Assembly: GCA_963837955.1 (NCBI GenBank)
Contig: CAWIPH010000002.1
Coordinates: 4,384,001 to 4,448,000 of the forward strand
DNA length: 64,000 nt
Origin: an uncultured Verrucomicrobiae bacterium
GTDB lineage: Bacteria; Verrucomicrobiota; Verrucomicrobiia; Chthoniobacterales; JAFAMB01
Reading direction: 5' to 3'
The number at the start of each line of letters is the position of its first letter. Within the stretch, counting starts at the first letter, position 1. This document shows positions 7,471 through 18,000 of the stretch, in pieces. The position numbers were made by a program, and so were the translations under genes. Below the pieces are notes generated by a model. The model searched no databases, was not told the origin of the DNA, and saw only the letters and a program-made list of their open reading frames with translations.

Positions 7471-10431
7471 TTAGAACTTCCTCTCCAACTCAACGTAGAA
7501 GTATCTGCCTATTGGATTGGCGGTTTGCGCATCATATCCCTGGAAGTTGTCCGCGAATGGCGGCGCAGCATCGAACAAATTATTGATGCCAAAGGTGACC
7601 GTCGTTCCAGCCAGGCATTGCCTGATTCCAGCACTTGAACGGTCCGGCTTCGACGAAATAGCAGCTTCGTCCGTTAACCTCTTTCCCTCTTTGGAATATC
7701 CCGGAGCTGGCGTCTCCGGCGTAATCTCCTCTGCTTTGCCAAACTCGTAAGAGATCTGCCAATCGAGCGTGGTGAAGCTTCCGACGCGGTGCACCAGACC
7801 ATTCGGCTGAACGCTGGCATTGGGCAGGACTCCTTTGTAGTTGTCCAGCAGATCGTGCTCCGAGTCAGTGTAGTTCAGGGTGAGACCTGTCTTGAAGGTG
7901 TCCGCGCCACATAACGTTTTTGTGTAGAACATGCTGGCCACCAGTTTTGCGTCAGGCAACGTGTAGCTGTCGTCTTGCGGAAGCACTGGACTAGGCCGGA
8001 GCTTAATCGACCCGAATCCCGGAATCGCCGCACTACTAGAGTTAATCTGCTGCACCGCGTGATTGTAAATGTAGGTAAAGTCCGCTTCCAAATCGAGCTT
8101 ACCCCAGAAATACTCTTTGCTTTGGTAGCTGGCGCCGAAGGTTATTCCGTCAACGAGAACGGCACCCACATTCACAAACGGATCATTGACGTATTTAATC
8201 GACCCGTTAGGCAAACGCACAATGAGACCAGGAAATTGATCTTCTTGATTCAGCAACTGTTGGGCATCTAAGAGACTGATTTGGTTTCTCTTGACGATCT
8301 GAAACCAGGCCAGATTGGCAGTAAAGCCATTCGCCCAACCCCACCAGCTGCGTTCGGGATCAACTGAACCCGGCGACCAAACCACATCGGCGAAATAGCC
8401 ATAGGAGGTTTCGGCCTTCAGGTGTGGGTTTCCGGATGTGCGTGTTTCGTAACTAGCCGCACCTAAGCCGGGGTTCTTGGGATCAACGAGATTCTGGAAG
8501 GCATAAGAGGTGCCGCTGTACAGCTCGCTGAGGGAAGGGGCTCGAAATCCTTCGGAATAAGTGGCGCGCAAGGTTAAGTCATCAAAAGGTTTGTACAAAA
8601 ACGCGAATTTTGGCTTAGCGGCCGAACCGAAATCACTGTAATCATCGTATCGCTCCGCCACTATGATCTGCATAGATCGAGCGCCCGGCCAAGACCATTG
8701 CTGGCCGAGAATCGGAATAGACAGCTCGGCGTAGCCACTCTTTAAGTACCGTTTTCCACCTCCATTGATCGCAGCCCCGCCGCCGACAACGTCGAAGCTT
8801 TTGGTGTACTGGTCTACGCGTGAGATGTAATCGTCGCTCCGGTATTCCGCACCTAACCCGAGCGTCACAGGGCCACCAGGTAGATCGATAATTTCACCAC
8901 CGCCACGGAGCGCCCAGGTAGTCAAGCTGCTCCGTACTTTCTGGAACTGCGAGATCCTGATCGCATCTGCCAACCGGCCGTTTGGATTTCCCACAACGCC
9001 TTGATCTACGAACGGATTATAAAACTGCCCGACAAATCCTGGTAAGGTTCCAGCCAACGCCGCGTTCAGTTTGCTGTCCGAAACTTCATTCGCTCCTCGA
9101 GCGTCAGCGTCACTTTCCGCATAAAGAAAACTCATGTCGATTGACCAGTTCTTTGGTAGAAACAAAGTCGCGCCAGTAACGGTTCGAACGGTTTCGATCG
9201 TTGCGTCCTGTTCTTGTGGTCCGACCTCCGAGAGCGTTTGTCCCAGAGGCTGGAGAGCCACGCCGAAAGGATTATACGGATTATTCGCCGGTATCGTAAT
9301 CGGATCAGCCTGGGTCGGCTGCGAAGCGGAGTATTGGTTCTTCTCCTCATTCCGCTGGTACGAGAATTCTTCGTACAATTTGATCCAGTTCGTGGGTTCG
9401 TATTTGAGCTTTAGATATCCTCCGAACCGTCGCTCCCGAGGAATTAACTGTACGTAATTGAGATCGAACAGCGAGTTCGGTGGACCGTTTACGACAAAAT
9501 TATTTGCCGCTATCTTTGGCCCCTTGGTCCCTGGGACGACCGTGTACGTGTTACCGGCGGCATCACCAAAATAGCCGGCAGTACCATCGGTCAAGGCCTG
9601 ATCGTAATAGGACCCGAACTGCGAATGCTGCAAATTACGGCCATAAGATCGGTCGGCCTGCATGACCGGGCCTTGTTCATAATAGTCGAAAGTGGCCAGC
9701 ACGCTGAACTTGGATGTGTCACTAAACTTGTCTACAAATCCGGTTACGGCTGACGCGTGATTCACTTCGTAGTCGCCTCTTTGGCTTATTCCATAGTAGA
9801 ACCGCAAATCGGCGCCCTGGTATTCATCCTTCAAAATGATATTTACGACTCCGGCCACTGCATCGGAGCCGTAGATCGCGCTAGCTCCATCTTTCAGAAC
9901 CTCGATCCTATCGACTGCAGCGAGCGGGATAGAATTTAGATCGACGAAATTTTGCGTGCCAAACTGAGCAAACGGATAGGCCGCCTGCCGGCGACCGTCG
10001 ATGAGTACAAGCGTAGAGTTCGCTCCCAGTCCATAAAGATTTACGGACGACCCGCCTTCCGCAGTGCTATTTCCGGCGTTAAGGGCTGGAGTAAAGCTCG
10101 CAAAGTTTTCCGGTATCCGTTGGAGGACGTCGGCGACCGTCTGATCGCCTTGTCTTTTGATAAATTCCTGGTCGAGAGTCGTCACTGGCTGAGGCCCATC
10201 GCCGATGTGAGGCACGATATACCCGGTAACCGTTACCTTTGGCAATTGGCTCTTCTCATTTTGTGGAGTTGGGAGTCCGGTCGGGCTCGGAGATGTGCTG
10301 GGAGTAGTCTGAGCTGCGAGCCTTGGGGTTTCGCAGAACAGCAACACGCCGGCAACCAGCCTCAAAAAAACAAAGAGCGTGACCGCCTTCCGACGCACCT
10401 GGAAATATTCCATTGGGGGCTGACCGTTCAT
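7471..10431 (-). CDS. TonB-dependent outer-membrane receptor
   Basis: LPKVTVTG TonB box; plug (VNLYGLGANSTLVLIDGRR...VDLNSIPLAAVDRIEVLKDGASAIYGSDAVAGVVNIILK); C-terminal GRYFYVELERKF. Confidence 0.95.
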   Translation of the reverse strand: MNGQPPMEYFQVRRKAVTLFVFLRLVAGVLLFCETPRLAAQTTPSTSPSPTGLPTPQNEKSQLPKVTVTGYIVPHIGDGPQPVTTLDQEFIKRQGDQTVADVLQRIPENFASFTPALNAGNSTAEGGSSVNLYGLGANSTLVLIDGRRQAAYPFAQFGTQNFVDLNSIPLAAVDRIEVLKDGASAIYGSDAVAGVVNIILKDEYQGADLRFYYGISQRGDYEVNHASAVTGFVDKFSDTSKFSVLATFDYYEQGPVMQADRSYGRNLQHSQFGSYYDQALTDGTAGYFGDAAGNTYTVVPGTKGPKIAANNFVVNGPPNSLFDLNYVQLIPRERRFGGYLKLKYEPTNWIKLYEEFSYQRNEEKNQYSASQPTQADPITIPANNPYNPFGVALQPLGQTLSEVGPQEQDATIETVRTVTGATLFLPKNWSIDMSFLYAESDADARGANEVSDSKLNAALAGTLPGFVGQFYNPFVDQGVVGNPNGRLADAIRISQFQKVRSSLTTWALRGGGEIIDLPGGPVTLGLGAEYRSDDYISRVDQYTKSFDVVGGGAAINGGGKRYLKSGYAELSIPILGQQWSWPGARSMQIIVAERYDDYSDFGSAAKPKFAFLYKPFDDLTLRATYSEGFRAPSLSELYSGTSYAFQNLVDPKNPGLGAASYETRTSGNPHLKAETSYGYFADVVWSPGSVDPERSWWGWANGFTANLAWFQIVKRNQISLLDAQQLLNQEDQFPGLIVRLPNGSIKYVNDPFVNVGAVLVDGITFGASYQSKEYFWGKLDLEADFTYIYNHAVQQINSSSAAIPGFGSIKLRPSPVLPQDDSYTLPDAKLVASMFYTKTLCGADTFKTGLTLNYTDSEHDLLDNYKGVLPNASVQPNGLVHRVGSFTTLDWQISYEFGKAEEITPETPAPGYSKEGKRLTDEAAISSKPDRSSAGIRQCLAGTTVTFGINNLFDAAPPFADNFQGYDAQTANPIGRYFYVELERKF

Positions 10432-10482
10432 CAGTTGAGAGACCGAGGTTAACTGTCACCTAGACGAATGCAGTCTGAAAAT

Positions 10483-10500
10483 AGTGACAATTTTGTCACT
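10483..10500. promoter_or_regulatory. Palindromic operator-like site, copy 1 (upstream of the TonB receptor)
   Basis: AGTGACAA-TT-TTGTCACT inside a conserved block TCTGAAAA..CTTTCG..GCAGGCGCG; TTGACG on the minus strand adjacent. Confidence 0.6.
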
Positions 10501-10640
10501 TTCGTCAAGCAGGCGCGATCCTGCAATTTTGACCATATAACGGTCCGATTCCGGAGGGGTTTGCCGCCAGTTTGTGCAGGAAAAAACGTTCGATCTCACC
10601 GGGGAAACCCTTGCGCCGGCACTGTAGTTCTGGCCTAATC

Positions 10641-11765
10641 ATGCCTCGTGCGAGAAGGGGTATCGAACTGATCAGACCTCTAAACAAATTATTCCTCCTC
10701 CTGACCGTTGCGGCACTGGTAGTGGCCTTTTTTCTTGTCAGTTCCGCACTGGCTCAAGAATCGGTCGAGTTCACTCTGCCCGTGATTAACATCGGGGATC
10801 GTAAGGCAGAGCTTGTCGCCGGGACCGGAACCTCTGATGGCCGTCTCGCGTTGGCCTGGACGCTGCGGCCGCTGAAAGACGCTGAGCCGGTGGATTGGAA
10901 CATGCTCGAGAAGGATCGTCCGAAATTTCGTGAGAACTACTCCGATGAGGACAAATATTTCGTCGAAATTCTGGTCGTCGATGCCGCCAACAAGAAAAGC
11001 CTGGCGACACTCAAGCTCGCCGAGTCCTGGTCCCTTCCCGGCTTTGGCCATGAATCATTGGTAGCTCGCTGGGGACCGCCCGACCCGGACGGCCACCGCT
11101 TTGCGATTGTCAATTGCGACCGCAAATGGAGCCCTCAAGATCTTATTCTTCTTGATGCAAACGGAGACGCGGTTTCGCAGAGAAGTTTGCTCGCGCCATT
11201 GGATGAAGCTGTTCAAAAATTTGTCGCGAAAGAAAATCGAGGACGAAAGGCACCCGCCGCCAAAGATTACATCGTGGAATATCCGATTTTCGATCTCCCG
11301 GAAATTGGACGCCAGAACGGTTTTTCTGATCACAACAATCTGTGGCTGCCATTTAGCGCTCTCATTCCGAAGTCGGAGCAAGACCCTGCTTACGGCGGCG
11401 TCTTGCAATTGAAACTTGCCCGCCTGCCGGATGGACCGACCGCAACAATTCAAGGATCGCCGGTTCGACATACCGGGGAGGATGAAGAGCAGGTCAGCAC
11501 CGACGCGCGTTTTCTCGACGCGGACCGCCGGCTGAACCAAGTCTATCAGGCGCTGCGCACCCGCCTCTCGCCGTCGGAGCGTGATCGGCTAAAACAGGAG
11601 CAGCGCGCCTGGATCAATCAACGTGATGCCGCGGCCCAATCGGCTAACGGAAAAGCTCAGGAGGCTTCGCTCGAGAACCCGACGGCCATCACCGATCGCG
11701 AGTTGGTGAAGATCACCCAAGCTCGGACAGCCGAGTTGGAACAATGGCTAAACAAAGTGAAGTAG
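10641..11765 (+). CDS. Secreted protein with C-terminal LprI/DUF1311-like domain
   Basis: Signal peptide (LFLLLTVAALVVAFFLVSSALA); C-terminal DADRRLNQVYQAL...LKQEQRAWINQRD...ITQARTAELE is typical of DUF1311. Confidence 0.8.
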   Translation: MPRARRGIELIRPLNKLFLLLTVAALVVAFFLVSSALAQESVEFTLPVINIGDRKAELVAGTGTSDGRLALAWTLRPLKDAEPVDWNMLEKDRPKFRENYSDEDKYFVEILVVDAANKKSLATLKLAESWSLPGFGHESLVARWGPPDPDGHRFAIVNCDRKWSPQDLILLDANGDAVSQRSLLAPLDEAVQKFVAKENRGRKAPAAKDYIVEYPIFDLPEIGRQNGFSDHNNLWLPFSALIPKSEQDPAYGGVLQLKLARLPDGPTATIQGSPVRHTGEDEEQVSTDARFLDADRRLNQVYQALRTRLSPSERDRLKQEQRAWINQRDAAAQSANGKAQEASLENPTAITDRELVKITQARTAELEQWLNKVK

Positions 11766-11837
11766 CACCAAGGCGTCTGGGACCATGATTTGAGAACCGA
11801 AGTTAGGGGTCACCTAGACAAAACGCAGTCTGAAAAC

Positions 11838-11855
11838 AGTGACAATATTGTCGCT
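11838..11855. promoter_or_regulatory. Palindromic operator-like site, copy 2
   Basis: AGTGACAATATTGTCGCT in the same flanking block; similarity to copy 1 extends about 11784-11892. Confidence 0.55.
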
Positions 11856-12059
11856 TTCGCCAAGCAGGCGCGGTTCTGAAACTATACCCATACCTTGGGT
11901 CTCGCGACGGACTCTTCTGTTTCAGCACTTGATCGCCAGACGTTCCGGCGATTGAGGCTCTGGGCCAATCTCGCAAGGAAATTGTCCTGAACGTCGCCCC
12001 CTCGTTCGTCGTGTTATTGAAATCCAGATCACCCAATCCATAACACGTAGGAGAACCCC

Positions 12060-12836
12060 ATGATTGTCTACCCTACCCCCGAAAGCCTCGAGCATCACCC
12101 GGTTGTTCCCCGCGACCGATGGCTCATTGCTCGCGCGGAACTCTTGAAGGAGGAGAAAGAATTCACCCGCTTGCGGGATAAGATCAACGCCCAGCGGCGC
12201 GATCTACCCTGGGTTCGCGTCGAGAAGAACTACGTCTTCCACACCCCGAACGGCCCGCGGACGCTGGCAGATCTGTTCGAGGGCCGCAGCCAGTTGCTCG
12301 TAAAGCATTTCATGTTCGCTCCCGGATGGAAGGCGGGTTGCGTAGGCTGTTCGTTTGACGTCGACCATATCGAAGGGGCTCTCGTGCACCTCGAGCATCA
12401 CGACGTGACATGTGTAGCGGTCTCACGCGCCACACTAGCCGAGATCGAAGCTTTCAAGCAGCGCATGGGCTGGCGCATTCCGTGGGTGTCTTCGTTCGGC
12501 AGCGACTTCAACTACGATTATCAGGTGTCGTTCACTAAGGCGCAAATCGAAGGCAAGGCCTACCACAACTACAAAATGCAAGAAGTCGAAATCGAGGAAA
12601 TGTCCGGCCTGAGCGTGTTCTACAAGAACGTGGCCGGCGACGTTTTCCATACCTATTCGACCTACGGTCGCGGGGCGGAAGAACTGGTCAGCGCATACGT
12701 GTGCTTGGATCTGACGCCCAAGGGTCGCAACGAGACCGGTCCCGGATTCAACCTGGGCGACTGGGTACGGCACCATGACCGGTACGACGACGACGATTTC
12801 GATTTCACGGAACCGTACGAGCCGGCCAAAGCTTAG
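12060..12836 (+). CDS. DUF899 family (thioredoxin-like) protein
   Basis: WLIARAELLKEEKEFTRLRD..RRDLPWV.VEKNY.F, LADLFEGRSQL..HFMF, CVGCSF, HTYSTYGRG, LDLTPKGRNE, WVRHHDRY; AGGAG RBS upstream. Confidence 0.92.
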   Translation: MIVYPTPESLEHHPVVPRDRWLIARAELLKEEKEFTRLRDKINAQRRDLPWVRVEKNYVFHTPNGPRTLADLFEGRSQLLVKHFMFAPGWKAGCVGCSFDVDHIEGALVHLEHHDVTCVAVSRATLAEIEAFKQRMGWRIPWVSSFGSDFNYDYQVSFTKAQIEGKAYHNYKMQEVEIEEMSGLSVFYKNVAGDVFHTYSTYGRGAEELVSAYVCLDLTPKGRNETGPGFNLGDWVRHHDRYDDDDFDFTEPYEPAKA

Positions 12837-13032
12837 GACTGCAGTTCGAGCGGCGCATCGAGTCCCCGCGACAGCGGTAGTGTCGGTAAGGGGATTATCA
12901 ATGAAGCGCAGATCTATCGGCGGATAGCAGGCGGCTCCAGGGAATATTCATCGGCTTCTATGCAATCCAAGACGACCGGAAACGCGGCCGAGCGGGAACT
13001 CATTCCTTCCGAACGTCCCCGGGAGTTCGTCC

Positions 13033-13428
13033 CTACCGGGCTAACGGAGGCGGGGCCGCCTCGGAAGTCCGGGGCTTAGAGCGATGGAAAACGACTAAAA
13101 GCGCCCCGACGATCAATCCCAGCCAGAACAAGACAAAGAAAACCAGGCTTCCGACATTAATTGTATCAAGGGTGACGATCCGTTGCGCGAGCGGGACATT
13201 ATTTGAATGGAACAGGATCGAATTAACTATCGCTTGTCGGATTACGTTGACCGCTGACACGGCCAGAGTCGCTAGTGCCAGGAAAAGAAAGCCGGCGTTC
13301 CGCTGACGGATGAAACCGATTACCCAGACAATGGCGATAATAAAGAAGAAGAACAACTGCGCAGCCGGTATCAGGAAAGTTTTCAGTTCTTCCATGCGCG
13401 CTGAGTGTGAACGTTCTTCGGCCCTCAT
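13033..13428 (-). CDS. Small membrane protein (about 3 TM helices)
   Basis: Three hydrophobic segments and a Pro-rich tail (APPPL). Confidence 0.65.
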   Translation of the reverse strand: MRAEERSHSARMEELKTFLIPAAQLFFFFIIAIVWVIGFIRQRNAGFLFLALATLAVSAVNVIRQAIVNSILFHSNNVPLAQRIVTLDTINVGSLVFFVLFWLGLIVGALLVVFHRSKPRTSEAAPPPLAR

Positions 13429-13473
13429 TCAAGCTCGCGGCCGAATATCAATAACGGTAATCGTTCTGAAAAC

Positions 13474-13491
13474 AGTGACAATGTTGTCACT
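13474..13491. promoter_or_regulatory. Palindromic operator-like site, copy 3 (between the tRNA-His 3' end and the membrane-protein gene)
   Basis: AGTGACAATGTTGTCACT flanked by TCTGAAAAC and TTCGCC..GCAGGCGCGG. Confidence 0.6.
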
Positions 13492-13537
13492 TTCGCCGTG
13501 CAGGCGCGGTCCGGCAGCGAACCAAAAATGAGTAGTG

Positions 13538-13610
13538 GGTGGCCGACGGGGCTCGAACCCGCAACAGCCGGAACCACAATCCGGGGCTCTACCATTGAGC
13601 TACGGCCACC
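13538..13610 (-). tRNA. tRNA-His (GTG)
   Basis: Minus strand GGTGGCCGTAGCTCAATGGTAGAGCCCCGGATTGTGGTTCCGGCTGTTGCGGGTTCGAGCCCCGTCGGCCACC: encoded G-1, C73 discriminator, anticodon GTG, TTCGA T-loop. Confidence 0.97.
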
Positions 13611-13750
13611 GCAATGAAGCGAGCCACTACCCTAACTTATCTTCTTCGTTCGCCAAGCCGATTTTCTCTGCGTCCAGGAAGAGAGAAACATTCTGTTGTA
13701 TCGAGGGGATATAGGGGCAACAGCAATTTGTTTCGATTTTCTGCGACGGT

Positions 13751-15019
13751 ATGCTAAGAAACGGGTTTGCGATTCTCCGGAGGCCTTTCTGCTGGAGCGC
13801 ACGCCATTCAGTGAATTGTCCAAGAAACATCCGGCGTCCCGGCCCTCGCAGCGCTCTTGTCGCCGCCATGGCCATCGGCTTCGTCGCTTTTTCGGCCAAG
13901 GGTCAATTTCTGACGCAGGACCACCCGGTCAGCCAAAATGAGATTCGGATCGGGATGGTTAACGCTCAGACCGGTATTTCCAACCATATCGGTCCCGAAC
14001 TCAAGCAGGGTTATGTCGCCTATTTTGCCCGAGTCAATCAGCATGGAGGCATATTTGGGCGGCAGATCCGCATCATCAGCTATGACGACCATTACGAACC
14101 TCTTGAAACGATCGCTGACACGGAAAAATTAATTAACTCCGACCGGGTGTTTGCTCTTACTGGCTATGTCGGAACCGCCAACTCGATGGCCGCTGTCTCC
14201 ATGATTAACGAGGCGGGTCTGATCTTTCTCGGACCAATGACGGGGGCGGAAGGCTTAAGAAGTCCGGTTTCTCCGATGGTATTCAACGTACGTGCAAGCT
14301 ACGCAGAGGAAATAGAATCGTTGGTGGGTTATCTGGTAGATAATTTGGGCCTGAAGCGGATTGCCGTCGTTCGCCAAAACGATAGCTTTGGTGATGATGG
14401 CCTTAAGGGTCTTATCCAGTCATTGGACAAACATGGACTCAAGTTGGCCTTGGACTGTAAATTCGTCCGGAATTCCGTGGACATGCAACCGGCGCTTGAC
14501 CAGATCGCGACTACGCACCCGGACAGCGTTATTATAATGGGGACTTTGCGTCCGATCGTTTCGCTATTAGAGCGCGCCGAGTCGACAGGCTTCCACGGTG
14601 CGAAATTTTGCACGCTGTCGACAGTTTCCCCTCAAGCATTGATCGAGGCTGCCGGAAAATCGAGCGAAGGAATGATCCTATCGGAGGTAATGCCTTCGCC
14701 GGAAGATATTTCCATACCGCTCGTGAAGAATTTTCGGACGGATATGTTGGCCAGCGGGGCAAACAGCTTCTCCCAGGTGAGTTTGGAGGGATATTTGGGA
14801 GCCATGCTGCTCGCGGACGGAATCCAGCGTGCGGGCCCAGACTTAACTGAACAACGTTGTGTCGAGGCACTGAATCAGACGGATTTGGATCTGCAGCGGC
14901 TAAAGATCGCCTGGAATCGTAACGACCACTCCGGCAGCCACGCCGTTTTTCTCGCTCAGATCAAGAACGGGAAATTGGAGTCAATCGAAAAGCTTCAACG
15001 TACCCCGGACCATCACTAA
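13751..15019 (+). CDS. Periplasmic binding protein, branched-chain amino acid (LivJ/Peripla_BP_6-like) family
   Basis: EIRIGM..AQTG, VNQHGGIFGRQI.II.YDDHYEP, VFALTGYVGT, VFNVRASYAEE; true start probably downstream (13811 or 13868). Confidence 0.88.
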   Translation: MLRNGFAILRRPFCWSARHSVNCPRNIRRPGPRSALVAAMAIGFVAFSAKGQFLTQDHPVSQNEIRIGMVNAQTGISNHIGPELKQGYVAYFARVNQHGGIFGRQIRIISYDDHYEPLETIADTEKLINSDRVFALTGYVGTANSMAAVSMINEAGLIFLGPMTGAEGLRSPVSPMVFNVRASYAEEIESLVGYLVDNLGLKRIAVVRQNDSFGDDGLKGLIQSLDKHGLKLALDCKFVRNSVDMQPALDQIATTHPDSVIIMGTLRPIVSLLERAESTGFHGAKFCTLSTVSPQALIEAAGKSSEGMILSEVMPSPEDISIPLVKNFRTDMLASGANSFSQVSLEGYLGAMLLADGIQRAGPDLTEQRCVEALNQTDLDLQRLKIAWNRNDHSGSHAVFLAQIKNGKLESIEKLQRTPDHH

Positions 15020-15034
15020 TCAGACCTATCAAGA

Positions 15035-18000
15035 ATGTTTGGAGCACGCGGGAATACGAAGTCGGAGGGATTGGAAGTTCTCCCTCGCGGACTAGGAATT
15101 CAGGATAAGCTGCTGGTTTTTACCGTGGCGATAGCGTTCGCCATCATTTTTGGTCTCGCCTCGACAGCATTTTTTTTAACCGCGGAAGCCTTACGTAAGG
15201 CCCGGCTCGATGGCTTTCGCTCGCTTCGGCAATCGCTTTCCGAAGTAATTACCAGGTTCTTGGCTGACCACAGACGAAACATCGCGACCCAAGCTGAGAG
15301 TCAGACCTTCCGCTACGCTGCCGCCGAGCTATGCGCAGGCTATAAGAACTTAGTCAGCGATCTGCAAGATGCTGGACTCCAAGTAGACGCGCAGTTCATC
15401 GAAAAGCTGCGCGGAGAGCTTCGGGAAGGATATCAACGAGCTTTTCGGACCGACTCGGCAAAAGGTACAGCCGCCGTCGTTCCAGGGATAGAGACCATCG
15501 ACCAGTTAACGTGGGAAGGCGTTCTCGTCCAGTATGTCTATCTTCTGAAGAATCCCGCTCCGCTCTCCGCCAAGGAGGAGAACAATCTCTCGGCCGAAAT
15601 CGCAGCAAACCAAAATCTGGATCCGGGCATTCGAGCGGCCTTTGCGAAAACCATGTTTGCCGAAGTGATGGATCGGTATCACCCTGCAATCCAGGCGGTG
15701 GTCCGGCGGAATGGCTATAGCGATCTCCTTTTGATTGATAACGCTGGAAACGTCGTCTACACCTACAGCAAGCGCTGGGATTTTGGGACCAACGTTTTCC
15801 ACGGCTGGCAAGTCGACGAGACACTCAAGAAGGCCTATCTGGGCGCATGGTATTCTCCTATTCCGGACGATCGCCCCGATGGGGTAGACCGAGTCATGAT
15901 CACCGATCTGGACAGCTATCCGGCCGCTTACAATCACCCGGTTCTGTTCATGAGTTGTGCGATTGCCGATCGCTTGGGTAGCCGGCAAGCTGTCCTGGTG
16001 CACGAGGTGGCTAGCCGCCAACTGACCGAAATCGTCACCTTCGAGCAGCATTGGCCCGAAGTTGGTCTGGGCAACACGGGTGAAGCCTACATCGTCGGAC
16101 CAGACCACTTGCTGCGGACGGAGTCTCGATTCTTAGACCAAATACCCGACTCAGCAACCGTCGCGACCACCAACTTGGATGGAACACCGGGCCCTCGGAG
16201 TTCCATTCTGGCAGCGCCTTTGCACAACTTGGCAGCAGACCGGCTATTCTCGAGCGATGCTAACGTGAATGCCGGCGAGGTCACTTTCACTGATGAACGC
16301 GGCCACCGAGCGCTGGGACTGTTCTCACCACTTGCGATCCCGGAGTTGGATTGGGGATTGGTGATTCGGATTGATACGAACGAGGCCTTTCAGCCCGCTT
16401 CTGATCTCGCGCGATCAGTAGCCGGCGTCGGGCTGATTATATTAGTCATCGGAATGTGCGGCACGCTAGTGTTCGCTCACTTTCTGCTTAGACCGATCGC
16501 CAAACTGGTCACGACCGCCGAGCAAATCGGTTCGGGTAATCTCGGCGCCCGAGCTCCAGTGATAACCGCGGATGAGGTGGGCTTTCTGGCTACACGGTTT
16601 AATTACATGATCGACCAAGTCGAAGACCGCAATCAGCAGGTCAGGAAGATTCTGGAAACGGTCAATGAAGGCTTGCTTTTAGTCGGACCAGACCTGGTGA
16701 TCCAGCCCAGTTACTCTCGTGCTACCACCACCATCTTCAGGCGAGAGCTGGCCGGAATGCATTTCCTCGACCTGCTTCACGCGACCGAAAATTGGGAGTT
16801 GGAGCCAGTGGTAACGCCTGATGTCCTGGCGGCGACTGCTGGATACCTGGATCTACTCTTTAACCCCCGAATCAAAGACAAGCTGATTCAGCAAACCAAC
16901 CCACTGGCTGAGGTCGAGTATCATGAACATTCCGAAGGCTCGCGATCTCACGTCAGGTTTGTCGAGTTTCAGTTCAATCGAGTCTTTGACCAGGGGAAAA
17001 TCAGCCAGATCATGGTCACGGTCCTTGATTCGACCACAAAGATACTCTTGGGACGCCAGATCCGAGAGAACGAAGCAAGAGCGAAATCGCAAATCGAGAT
17101 GCTTTTCGGCATCATTCACATCGATCCGACCACTTTGGCTGAGTTTCTTGACCAAACCGACGCGCAAATAGCGGGAATGCTGCGGGCTCTGGAGTCGGAG
17201 CAATATGGGAGCAAAACGGCCGAATCGAGCGTTGACCGCGCTTCCCGCTACAAACGGCTGTTGGAAAAAATGTCGAGATCCCTGCATCTCCTCAGAGGGA
17301 GCGCCTCGATGATCAAGCTCACCTACTTCGAAAGGCTAGCTACGGAACTCGAGGAAAAGATCGCGACCGTCCGCGCCGGCAAAACGATTTCCGGCGAACA
17401 ATTTCTGCCGATCACCACGAGCCTGGCGTCTATTGTTGATCAAGTCGGCATGACCCGCGATCTGATCCAAAGGTTGATCGCGATGCAAGCGACCTTCGGT
17501 AGAAAGCAAAAAGTTGCGGACCGATTTGGCCAATTGGCCGAATTTGCCCGAACGGTGGCCGAACGGAACAAGAAACGGATCCACGTTGTTCTGGAAATTT
17601 CTTTGGACGGCGAAGAAATTCCGGCAGATCTGATTGACCCGGTCCAAAATATTCTCACTCAATTCGTCCGGAATGCAGTAATCCATGGAATTGAATCGCC
17701 CGAAGAACGTGTGGCCAAGATGAAGAATCCGGTCGGAAAAATCCGCATTTCTGCTTGTCGGAACGCTGACGGATCCCTTTCATTCGGCATATGCGACGAT
17801 GGGAAAGGGCTGAACTCTCAGGAACTCAAAAGTCGAGCGGTAAGGTTATCGTACGCGTCGGTGGACAAGATCCAAAATTGGACCAGCCACGAGCTAAAGG
17901 AATTGATATTCCAAGCCGGCTTTACTACGTTGGATCACCCTACTCGCGACGGAGGTCGGGGCATCGGTTTGGATGCAGTTCGTGATCTTGCGGCTCAAAT

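Noticed and set aside
10429..13610. Classical tRNA-integrated island with attL/attR
   Set aside because: No duplicated tRNA 3' end and no integrase in the window; the triplicated repeat contains no tRNA sequence
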